In this document: positions 46,872 through 55,852 of the stretch, one piece after another | Layout of the letters: the number at the start of each line of letters is the position of its first letter | How positions within the stretch are numbered: position 1 is the stretch's first letter | Assembly (NCBI GenBank): GCA_910577515.1 | Contig: CAJTLW010000006.1 | Span: 46,799-110,798 of the forward strand | DNA: 64,000 bases | Reading direction: 5' to 3' | From: an uncultured Vampirovibrio sp. | GTDB lineage: Bacteria; Cyanobacteriota; Vampirovibrionia; Gastranaerophilales; Gastranaerophilaceae | Notes under the pieces: model-generated | Databases searched by the model: none | Seen by the model: only the letters and a program-made list of their open reading frames with translations | Told to the model about the DNA's origin: nothing | Translations under genes and position numbers: made by a program

Positions 46872-49800
46872 ATGCTCATCAAAGGAAACATAAATTCAAA
46901 TAAAACCGAAATTTTGTTAAAAAAATGCGCACAGCTTTTAAATGAAGGAATTAGCGCGGATAAAATTCTTGTAATTGTGCAAAATTCAAAGAAAAAAAAT
47001 GAATTTATAAAAAAAATAAAAAAGAACCTTGAAGTTGATGCAGTGACAAACCTTAATGTATATACGTTTTTCGGGCTTATCTACAATAAAATTCTGGAAA
47101 ATTGGGTATTAATAGAAAATCAAATTAAAGATGATAATGCAAAAATTTCTCCAAACCTTTCTGGGCTTGAAGTGAGCCAGTATATTTTTAAAAAGGCGAT
47201 AGATGAAATTCAATTTCTTGGGTACAATTCGAAAGTAAACCTGCTCCACCAGCTTTTAAGGCGATATTCTCTCTGTGTTTTAAACGCACTTTCAGCAGAT
47301 GAAATCAAAGAAAAATCAAAAATTTTACTTGACCCGTTTTATTCAGATATCAAAAATGCACTGAATTTGTACAGGAAAAAAACTCTCTCCCTTCGGGCTT
47401 TTGACTATCTTCGCCAGACTGATATATTTAAATTTGTTTATGAAAATTCCACAAATCCCTTTGAATACGTTTTTTTAGATGATGCAGATGAAATCACCCC
47501 CGCCCTTTTTCAATATTTAAGCCACATTAAAAAGGATATTAAAGAATTTTTTATAGCATACGATGAATACGGAAGCTCAAGAAAGGGTTTTTTAGGTGCT
47601 ATTGAATACAATTTTGAACATTTTTTAAATGAAAAACCTCTTATTTTGCCTCAAATGCAAAAAGATAAAAAAGCGGATGAAATTTTCCATAACATAAAAA
47701 ATAATGCCCCTGTTTTAATTGAAAATTCAATAATAAAAAGCTTTATCAGGGAAGATGAGATGATAGATGAAGTTATTCAAAATATAAATTCGCTTCTCTC
47801 AAACCCCAAAAACAGGCTTAATCCAAAGGATATAGCAATTGTTACCCCAAATATTGATAATTATCTTAAAATCCAATTAGAAAAAATAAACGCAAAAGTA
47901 AGGTTTATTTCAGGCAGCGAAAAATTATCCCAAAATCCTTTCATAGGTTCAATTTTGGAAATTTTAAAGCTTCTAAACAACAAAAACCTTAAAATTTCTC
48001 CATATATCTTGCGCGGAATTCTTGCAAATATTTTAAAACTCGATTTCAACCTCACTTTAAAAATTGCGGATGATTATGAAATAAATTCCGAGAATTCGGG
48101 CGAGAATATTTTTCAATGTTTTGAAAAATACAGGGAAAATAAAGATATAGAAGAATTTTTGGAATTAAACGACGATATTAAAGAAAAACCTTTATCAGAG
48201 CAGCTTTATACCCTTTCAAATAAATATGTTAAATTAAAACCAGAAAATAAAGATGTAATAAGAAAAATTAACCAGCTTTTAAAACAGATAAGAGATTTTG
48301 AAGAAATTTTTAACGCAAACACACAAACCAATACAGAGGTGCAAACCGTTTCAAATAAAGATTTAATCATACAGCTTGAAAATACCATAATTTCAGAAAA
48401 CCCTCTTGATAGTGAAATTAAAGAAGAAGATGCCGTTATAGTGTCTACAGCACAAAAATTAATCGATAATTCAATAAAATCAAAACACACGTTTTTAATT
48501 GATACCACAAGTTCAAATTGGGTAAAACAGGATATAGGCCCCCTGTATAATGCATGGGTTTTTCAAAAAAGCTGGAATAAAAAGAGTTTCGAGCTTGAAG
48601 ACAATATAAATTGCACCCTTGATAAAACGGCAAGAATTTTAAGAAAAATTTTCCTTTTAAATGATTCATCCCCTGATACGCCCGCCTGTACATCTTCTGA
48701 AAATGACAGCAAAATCTATATTTATTCAAGCATCTACGATTTTTTAGGCACGGAAAATTTTAAAGGCATCAACCATTTCTTTATTGAGCCAAACCCCGTT
48801 TTAAAAACCAAATCCGAAAAAGAATTTAAGATTGTTCCCCGTCCGGATCAGGCTCCTGTTTTAGAATATAAAGAGGGTAAAATGGCTGTAAATGCCGTTG
48901 CAGGAGCAGGCAAAACTACAATAATGCTTGCGCTTATTATGAAACTTTTAGATGAAAATATTGCCCCGCAGAATATTTTCGTTCTCACTTTTATGGATTC
49001 TGCCGCAAGAAATTTTAAGGAAAGAATAAAATCCAATTTTAAAAACCTTACGGAACTTCCGCATATATCAACAATCCACGGCCTTGCACTAAGAATTTTA
49101 AGAGAAAATAATAACCACGTTAAAATCAATCTTGATGTGGATTTTGAAATAGTAGATGAAATAAAAAGAAGTGCAATCATAAAGGAAATTACCTATAATT
49201 TAGGCCTAGATACTATGAAGGCAGAGCTTTATGAACGCTCAATAAGCGCCTATAAAAACCAGAAAATAAAAGATGAAGATAGGCTCTCACCCCTTTTTAA
49301 AAGGATTTATCTGAATTATAAAACCACCCTTTTATCAAACAATTTAATAGATTACGATGACCTTTTATCCCTTTCTTTAAGCCTTCTTCAGATGGATAAA
49401 GGTGTTAGAGAATATTATCAAAATTTGATGCAATATATTATCGAAGATGAAGCGCAGGATTCAAGCGAAATTCAGCAGGAATTAATAAAAATTTTATCAG
49501 ACAACCATAAAAACCTGATAAGATGCGGAGATGTCAATCAGGCAATAACCACAACCTTTTCAAATGCCGATGTTAAAGGGTTTAAAAAATTCATTGAAGA
49601 AAATCAAAATGTTACAATGAATTATTCAAACAGAAATTCAACTGGCGTTATAAATTTAGCAAATAACCTTATTAAATTCGGTGAAAGTGTCTCAAAAAGC
49701 GCATTTTATCCCGTTGAAACAAAACCTGTTGAAGGAAAAAATATTATAGATAATAAAAGTGCTAAAACATTCATTTTCAAAACCGAGGCGGAAGAAAAGA

Positions 49801-50744
49801 AATTTATTTTGGATAACATAAATAAAATCCAAAAAGAAGACCCAAATGCAACCATTGCAATACTTTTAAGGAGCAACCGCGCTGTAAGCCTTTGGGGAGA
49901 ACATATAACGGAATTCTCAAACATTAAATTTACAACAAATTCTGATACACTAAACCTAAACCCTGTATTTCGCACCGTTTTAGCCATCTTAAACTTTATA
50001 AACAACCCCTTAAACAACAAAAATGTAAAAAATTGCGCTAAAACCCTCTATGAACTTGGCTTTTATAAAAATGACTTTGAAATTTTTGAATTTTTAGAGA
50101 AACAAAATTCTCCTTTCATCTTAGGAAACAATGAATATTTCGGTTTATTTTGGGATTTAAAATATTTTCTTTCATTCTGGAATGTTCCGATTTATGAAAT
50201 TGCTTATAAAACAGGTGAATTTTATTTTTCAAATGACCTACTTCAAAAAGCAAATGTGCCGCTTGTTTCAGGTATAGTTTCAAAAATATTCAGCCAGTAT
50301 AAAACCTTTGAAGATACCGTTGAAAGATTAAACATTCTTTCTGATAAAATAAACAGAACAGGAATTAAGCTTATTCAGGATGAAAATAAAAAATCAGACG
50401 GCTCTGTAAAAATTTTAACCCTGCATAAATCCAAAGGAGATGAATTCGACCACGTCTTTATCCCCGAATTGTATAAAGATAATCTGTCTTTAAACCTTGA
50501 AGATATTAAACTTAAAGAAAATTCAAAACTGATTGAAAGCGTAAAAACAAATCCTAAAGGTGAGAGTGAATTAAAAAAAGAAATTTTGGATGAAAACTTC
50601 CGCCTGATGTATGTTGGCATCACAAGGGCTAAAAACAAGCTGTATTTAAGTTCTGCGCTTGAATATAAAATATTCAATAAAGTTAAAGAAAAAACCCCGA
50701 ATGAACTTTTTGAATTGAAAGATATTAAGGGAGGCAGAATATGA
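46872..50744 (+). CDS. Tandem SF1 (UvrD/AddA-like) helicase: degenerate N-terminal module plus intact C-terminal module
   Basis: Residues 1 to about 640 carry degenerate motifs (GNINSNKTE, ILVIVQNSKKKNEF, VFLDDADEI). Residues from about 670 carry AVAGAGKTT, IIEDEAQDS, TLHKSKGDEFD and YVGITRAK. There is no nuclease domain. Confidence 0.7.
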   Translation: MLIKGNINSNKTEILLKKCAQLLNEGISADKILVIVQNSKKKNEFIKKIKKNLEVDAVTNLNVYTFFGLIYNKILENWVLIENQIKDDNAKISPNLSGLEVSQYIFKKAIDEIQFLGYNSKVNLLHQLLRRYSLCVLNALSADEIKEKSKILLDPFYSDIKNALNLYRKKTLSLRAFDYLRQTDIFKFVYENSTNPFEYVFLDDADEITPALFQYLSHIKKDIKEFFIAYDEYGSSRKGFLGAIEYNFEHFLNEKPLILPQMQKDKKADEIFHNIKNNAPVLIENSIIKSFIREDEMIDEVIQNINSLLSNPKNRLNPKDIAIVTPNIDNYLKIQLEKINAKVRFISGSEKLSQNPFIGSILEILKLLNNKNLKISPYILRGILANILKLDFNLTLKIADDYEINSENSGENIFQCFEKYRENKDIEEFLELNDDIKEKPLSEQLYTLSNKYVKLKPENKDVIRKINQLLKQIRDFEEIFNANTQTNTEVQTVSNKDLIIQLENTIISENPLDSEIKEEDAVIVSTAQKLIDNSIKSKHTFLIDTTSSNWVKQDIGPLYNAWVFQKSWNKKSFELEDNINCTLDKTARILRKIFLLNDSSPDTPACTSSENDSKIYIYSSIYDFLGTENFKGINHFFIEPNPVLKTKSEKEFKIVPRPDQAPVLEYKEGKMAVNAVAGAGKTTIMLALIMKLLDENIAPQNIFVLTFMDSAARNFKERIKSNFKNLTELPHISTIHGLALRILRENNNHVKINLDVDFEIVDEIKRSAIIKEITYNLGLDTMKAELYERSISAYKNQKIKDEDRLSPLFKRIYLNYKTTLLSNNLIDYDDLLSLSLSLLQMDKGVREYYQNLMQYIIEDEAQDSSEIQQELIKILSDNHKNLIRCGDVNQAITTTFSNADVKGFKKFIEENQNVTMNYSNRNSTGVINLANNLIKFGESVSKSAFYPVETKPVEGKNIIDNKSAKTFIFKTEAEEKKFILDNINKIQKEDPNATIAILLRSNRAVSLWGEHITEFSNIKFTTNSDTLNLNPVFRTVLAILNFINNPLNNKNVKNCAKTLYELGFYKNDFEIFEFLEKQNSPFILGNNEYFGLFWDLKYFLSFWNVPIYEIAYKTGEFYFSNDLLQKANVPLVSGIVSKIFSQYKTFEDTVERLNILSDKINRTGIKLIQDENKKSDGSVKILTLHKSKGDEFDHVFIPELYKDNLSLNLEDIKLKENSKLIESVKTNPKGESELKKEILDENFRLMYVGITRAKNKLYLSSALEYKIFNKVKEKTPNELFELKDIKGGRI

Positions 50745-51370
50745 CAAATTTAAACCCGAAAAATAAACAGCTAAGCGTTTTTGATACATTCAGCGCAAAT
50801 TCTCTAAAACTTTTAGAAAAAGATGTTGAAGAATTTAAGCTAAAATACATTGAAAATCTTTATTTTGCCCCCGATAACAAAAAGGCAAAGGCAGGGCAAA
50901 ATCTGCACAATTTTTTATGTTTTTACCTAAAAAATTTTGATACATCAAAAATTGAAACCTCACTTGCACAAAAAGATAGAGAATTTATAGAAAAAATTAA
51001 AGAATTTGATGAAATTCAATCATTAAAACAGGCAGATAAAAAATATATAGAGCAGCCGTTTTTAATAAAATGCACAACAGATATAATGCCTGTATTCTAC
51101 CTCACAGGAAGGTTTGATGCAGTTTTAATTAAAGAAGATAAGGTTCAAATTTATGATTGGAAAACTTTAAATATTCCAAAAGACCCTGAAAATGACATTC
51201 AAACCATTGTTTATCTTTATTGCGCCTCAAAACTTTATAAATCTTATGAGACACAGAACATTTCAATTACATACATTTCGCTAACAAAAAATGAAAGTAT
51301 TGAAATTAAATATAACAACACTTACGGCTATTTTGAAAAAATCACAAGTCTTATATCTAAAATTTTATAA
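50741..51370 (+). CDS. PD-(D/E)XK (RecB/Cas4-like) nuclease, stand-alone
   Basis: GRFDAVLIKEDKVQIYDWKT (D...D-x-K) and QTIVYLY (QxxxY). Only 3 Cys, so there is no 4-Cys Fe-S pattern. ATGA overlap with the helicase gene. Confidence 0.6.
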   Translation: MTNLNPKNKQLSVFDTFSANSLKLLEKDVEEFKLKYIENLYFAPDNKKAKAGQNLHNFLCFYLKNFDTSKIETSLAQKDREFIEKIKEFDEIQSLKQADKKYIEQPFLIKCTTDIMPVFYLTGRFDAVLIKEDKVQIYDWKTLNIPKDPENDIQTIVYLYCASKLYKSYETQNISITYISLTKNESIEIKYNNTYGYFEKITSLISKIL

Positions 51371-52156
51371 TTATTCAAGCGCCGTTAAAATCAAAGGGCC
51401 GTCATCAGTCGCTGCAACCGTATGTTCAAAATGCGCGGAAGCCTTATTATCCGCCGTGGAAACACACCAGTTGTCTTGAGCAGAAACCACGACTTCATCC
51501 ACCCCTAAATTTATCATAGGCTCAATTGCAATAACATATCCTTGCTTAATTTTTGTATTATTTTTTACCCTGTAATTAAACAAAAACGGGTCTTCATGCA
51601 TATTCCGCCCGACGCCATGCCCGCCATATTGGCGCACAATTCCATATTTTTTACCTTGAAGTTCCTCAGGAATATTTGAGGCAACCCCGAGCGCCGTATC
51701 TTCAACGGCCCCTGAAATATCATCCAAAACATTACCAGGGCGCATTTTATCAATACCGTTAAATAGCGCAAGTTCTGTTATTTTAAGCAAATCTTCATAT
51801 TCTTTTGAAATTTTTCCAACAGGATAAGTCCAGGCAGAATCTCCCACCATACCGCGATATGTCGCCCCTACATCAATTGAGATTATATCCCCCTCTTTTA
51901 AAATACGGTCACGCGACGGAATTCCATGCACCACCTCGTCGTTTATTGAAGCACAAATGCACCCAGGGAAACCGTTATATCCTAAAAACGTTGGAATACA
52001 TTTATTCTCTTTTATAACCTTCGCCGCAATTTCATCTAGCTCATAAGTTGAAATACCAGGTACTACAGCCTCTTTCATTGCCTTATGCACAAGCGCCACA
52101 ACCCCGCCTGCATGGCGCATCAGTTTCAATTCTTCTCTTGATTTTTTATTAATCAT
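51371..52156 (-). CDS. map: Type I methionyl aminopeptidase
   Basis: Metal-ligand blocks (VHGIP, DIISIDVG, GHGVG, EPM). Confidence 0.92.
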   Translation of the reverse strand: MINKKSREELKLMRHAGGVVALVHKAMKEAVVPGISTYELDEIAAKVIKENKCIPTFLGYNGFPGCICASINDEVVHGIPSRDRILKEGDIISIDVGATYRGMVGDSAWTYPVGKISKEYEDLLKITELALFNGIDKMRPGNVLDDISGAVEDTALGVASNIPEELQGKKYGIVRQYGGHGVGRNMHEDPFLFNYRVKNNTKIKQGYVIAIEPMINLGVDEVVVSAQDNWCVSTADNKASAHFEHTVAATDDGPLILTALE

Positions 52157-52811
52157 TTATTGCCTTCTTTAATTCAAGATAAACTTCATCTATGCCTTTA
52201 TTTGCATCAATTTGAACCAGAATGCCTTCATTTTTATAAAAATCAAGCAAAGGCATTGTTTCATTGTTGTAGGTTTCAAACCTTAGCACTGCCGTTTCTT
52301 TGGTATCGTCTTTTCTTTGAACAAGGTCAACATTACAGATATCACATTTGCCTTCTGTTTTTGGAGCAGAGCTTTTAAGGTTGTAAATTTTTCCACATTT
52401 TGGACAAGAACGTCTGTTTACAAGCCTTTCAACCAAAACATCCATCGGAATATCAAAATAAACTGCAACCTTTTCGCTTTTTTCAAATTTAAAAGGTGAA
52501 TTTTCCCACATCTTTTTAAGTGCTTCAGCCTGCTCTAAGCTTCTTGGAAAACCGTCTAAAATATATCCGTTCTTACAATCTTCTCTTGAAATTCTTTCAT
52601 TTATAACAGATTGCACAACTTCAATCGGCACTAATTGCCCTTTATCAATAAAACTTTTTGCAACTTTACCAAATTCAGTTTCGTTTTTAATATTTTCCCT
52701 TAAAAGCGAACCTGTATCTACGTGTGGAATTTTTAATTCTTTAGATAATCTATCTGTCTGTGTTCCTTTACCGCAGCCCGGAGGTCCTAAAAAAATAAAT
52801 ACTTTTTTCAT
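52149..52811 (-). CDS. adk: Adenylate kinase (Cys4 zinc lid)
   Basis: P-loop GPPGCGKGTQ, with lid CPKCGKIYN...CDICNVDL. Confidence 0.93.
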   Translation of the reverse strand: MKKVFIFLGPPGCGKGTQTDRLSKELKIPHVDTGSLLRENIKNETEFGKVAKSFIDKGQLVPIEVVQSVINERISREDCKNGYILDGFPRSLEQAEALKKMWENSPFKFEKSEKVAVYFDIPMDVLVERLVNRRSCPKCGKIYNLKSSAPKTEGKCDICNVDLVQRKDDTKETAVLRFETYNNETMPLLDFYKNEGILVQIDANKGIDEVYLELKKAIND

Positions 52812-52904
52812 AAAAACTACTCTTTTCTTTTTAAAAATATTAAAAACTTGTTTTTAAAATTTTAAAGGCACCTGAGTCAAAATATCCAAGCGCCCTTTAA
52901 AACT

Positions 52905-54248
52905 TTATTGTTCCTGCTTTAGGAAGCTTTCATAATTTTTAGCAAGCATGTGTGTTTTTATCTGATTGATAAAATCAAGCGCAACACCCACCATAATGAT
53001 AAGAGATGTGGCCCCTAGCCCTTGAAGGGTCGTAATACCTGTTAAACCTGATGCAACAGTCGGCACCATTGCGATAATACCAAGCGCAATAGCACCTATA
53101 AACATCAATCTTGATAAAATTTCATCCAGTTTTTCTGCCGTCGGCTTGCCCGGCTTCACACCAGGAATTGCAGAACCGTATTTTTTAAGGTTGTTTGCAA
53201 TTTCCTTTGGCTGCATATTAGGCATAATTGAAGCATAGAAAAATGTCAAAGCTACAATCAACAAGAAATAAATCACATAATAACTTACACTTGAAGGGCT
53301 TAAAAAATTACTCATTGATGTTAAAACATTTTTAAGTGCAGGGTTTGCAATATTCATTTGATGAACAAACCCCAAAATTGTTGCAGGGAACAACAAAATT
53401 GCAACAGCAAAGATAATCGGCATAACCCCGCCCGGATTTAATTTAAACGGAATATTTGAATTTTGCCCGCCATAAACTTTATTCCCAACCTGACGTCTTG
53501 CTGAAACTATAGGCACTTTTCTAACGGCATCATGAAGCACAATAATGAAAATAATTGTTGCAACAAAAATCAAAAGCAAAGCCATAATTCCAAGCTGCAA
53601 TCTCGGATCCTGTGATACAAGGGTAGCTGTTCTTTGTGTATATAAAGGAATTCCTGAAATAATACCAACAAAGATTAAAAGCGAACCGCCATTACCTATC
53701 CCTTTTTCTGTTATTAATTCTGCAAGCCACATAACCATAACAGCCCCTGCAGTTAAAGCTATCATAGACCCGATGAAAAACATAACAGGATTTACCGTGT
53801 GCATAATAGAACCCGGCAATTTTGATAAAATAGTAACAAATACAAATGATTGGAAAAATGCCAAAATAACAGTAAACTGTCTTGTTAATTGCTGAATTTT
53901 ACGGCGCCCCGCTTCCCCTTCTTCTTTTTGAAGATTTTCCAAATAGGGAATTATTACTGCTAAAAGCTGCATAATAATTGAAGCCGTAATATATGGCCCG
54001 ATACCAAGTGCAAAAATTGAAACTTTACCTAACGCACCGCCTGAAAACAAATCAAGAAAACCTATCATATTATTTCCGGCTGCAAGTGCCTGAAAAACCT
54101 CATTGTTAATACCAAAAATCGGTAATTGCGCTCCAAAACGGAATAGTGCAATGATTATAAACGTAAAAATTAATTTTCGCTTTAAGCCGCTTGCCTGAAT
54201 ATTCGAAACCAAGCTTTGAAGCATTTGTTCACTGTTTGCCTGTTGCAT
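52905..54248 (-). CDS. secY: Preprotein translocase subunit SecY
   Basis: 447 aa and 10 TM segments, with SecY blocks (LGIGPYITASIIMQLL, GGSLLIFVGI). Confidence 0.93.
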   Translation of the reverse strand: MQQANSEQMLQSLVSNIQASGLKRKLIFTFIIIALFRFGAQLPIFGINNEVFQALAAGNNMIGFLDLFSGGALGKVSIFALGIGPYITASIIMQLLAVIIPYLENLQKEEGEAGRRKIQQLTRQFTVILAFFQSFVFVTILSKLPGSIMHTVNPVMFFIGSMIALTAGAVMVMWLAELITEKGIGNGGSLLIFVGIISGIPLYTQRTATLVSQDPRLQLGIMALLLIFVATIIFIIVLHDAVRKVPIVSARRQVGNKVYGGQNSNIPFKLNPGGVMPIIFAVAILLFPATILGFVHQMNIANPALKNVLTSMSNFLSPSSVSYYVIYFLLIVALTFFYASIMPNMQPKEIANNLKKYGSAIPGVKPGKPTAEKLDEILSRLMFIGAIALGIIAMVPTVASGLTGITTLQGLGATSLIIMVGVALDFINQIKTHMLAKNYESFLKQEQ

Positions 54249-54337
54249 TTAATTTTACTTGACCTTTCCTTTTATTTTAAATAAAAGATACCAAACCGCG
54301 CTAAATCAGGCAGCTTAGTATCTTTTTATTTATTAAA

Positions 54338-54781
54338 TTAAACTAATTCTACTTTGCCGCCCGCTTTTTCAATTTTTTCTTTAGCAGATTCTGTAACATA
54401 GCTGGCTTTCACGGTGATTGCTTTTGAAATTTCACCGTTTCCGAGAACTCTTAAAATTTCACTTGATGAATGAACAAGTTTATTTTCTTTTAAATAAGCT
54501 AAATCAATTTCTTTTGTATCAAGTTTTTCAAGAGCTGAAACATTAATTACAGCAGCATTTAGAGCGTGGATATTGTTAAACCCTTTTAATTTGGGTAAAC
54601 GTCTGAAAGCTGGCATCTGTCCGCCTTCAAAACCTCTTTTAGCTGTTCTTCCGCTTCTTTGGCCTTCACCGTTGTTACCGCGGCAAGATGTTTTACCATG
54701 TCCTGATGATCTGCCTCTGCCTACTCTTTTGGATTTTTTAACTGATCCTTCAGCAGGTTTTAAATCTTCTAATGTTATCAT
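54338..54781 (-). CDS. rplO: 50S ribosomal protein L15
   Basis: KRVGRGRSSGHGKTSCRG N-terminal block. Located in the spc-operon context. Confidence 0.92.
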   Translation of the reverse strand: MITLEDLKPAEGSVKKSKRVGRGRSSGHGKTSCRGNNGEGQRSGRTAKRGFEGGQMPAFRRLPKLKGFNNIHALNAAVINVSALEKLDTKEIDLAYLKENKLVHSSSEILRVLGNGEISKAITVKASYVTESAKEKIEKAGGKVELV

Positions 54782-54854
54782 AATTATTTTATTCCTTATA
54801 TTTTACTTTAACTGTTTTAAAAATGCCAAACCCCAAACTGGGTATGTTTTATGG

Positions 54855-55040
54855 CTATTTCACAACTTCAACAAGATGAGGGATTTTATTTACCATTCCC
54901 ATAATAATATCTGTTTTATTGTGTTCTACAACCTGATTTCTTTTTGTTAAGCCAAGAGCTTTAACAATTTTTGTATGTTTTTCAGGCGCACCGATTGTGC
55001 TTTTTTTCAAAGTTATTTTAACTGTTTCTGTCTTTGCCAT
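54855..55040 (-). CDS. rpmD: 50S ribosomal protein L30
   Basis: 61 aa, VKITLKKSTIGAPEKHTKIVKALGL. Confidence 0.88.
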   Translation of the reverse strand: MAKTETVKITLKKSTIGAPEKHTKIVKALGLTKRNQVVEHNKTDIIMGMVNKIPHLVEVVK

Positions 55041-55077
55041 TTTATTTACCTTTTTCTTTTTTTTCTTAAAATCTAAA

Positions 55078-55737
55078 CTATTTTGAACCTAAAAGTTGAT
55101 TCATTGAAATTCCTCTTTGTGCTGCAACATCTTTGAATGTTCTTAAAGATTTCAAAGCGTTTAATGTAGCATTTGCAGCATTCAATGGAGATTTTGAACC
55201 TAAAGATTTAGATAAAATGTTTTCAATACCTGATAATTCAAGCACTGCACGAACTGCACCACCTGCAATTACACCGGTACCTTGAGAAGCAGGTTTTAAA
55301 ACAACAGAACCCGCACCTGATCTTCCTGTAATCATGTGAGGAATTGTGGTTTTAAAAATAGGAACACTGATAAGGTTTTTTCTGCCATCAGCCACTGCTT
55401 TTTGAATAGCAACGATAACTTCAGCAGCCTTAGCCACGCCCATTCCAACCTGACCTTTTTTATTACCAACAATAACAATTGCTCTGAAGCTCAGTTTTTT
55501 ACCACCTTTTACAACCTTTGTTACACGGCGGATTTGAACAACTTGTTCTTTCCATTCTGATTCAACAGGTTCAACTGTTTCGATTTTTCTTCTTCTTTGA
55601 CCCTTTCTTTGGGGTTTTAATTGTTGAACTTCAACATTTTCTTCTACTTCAGCCTTCACTTCAACAGCTTCTTCAACAACTTCCACTGTTTCAACTTTTT
55701 CAGCTTCGCCGGCTTGAATTTCTTTTTCTTCGCTCAC
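55078..55737 (-). CDS. rpsE: 30S ribosomal protein S5 with an acidic N-terminal extension of about 60 aa
   Basis: S5 core [27 protein letters not shown]..., preceded by the Glu/Val-rich [37 protein letters not shown]... GTG start. Confidence 0.9.
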   Translation of the reverse strand: MSEEKEIQAGEAEKVETVEVVEEAVEVKAEVEENVEVQQLKPQRKGQRRRKIETVEPVESEWKEQVVQIRRVTKVVKGGKKLSFRAIVIVGNKKGQVGMGVAKAAEVIVAIQKAVADGRKNLISVPIFKTTIPHMITGRSGAGSVVLKPASQGTGVIAGGAVRAVLELSGIENILSKSLGSKSPLNAANATLNALKSLRTFKDVAAQRGISMNQLLGSK

Positions 55738-55852
55738 GTTTTTATTACCTTTCGTCTTTTATTATTTTTTACCCTTAAAAATTTAAAAATACCAAAAAAC
55801 CTTATTTTAAAGGCTATTTTCGATATTTGAGATGTTGGGCTGCCAAATATAT

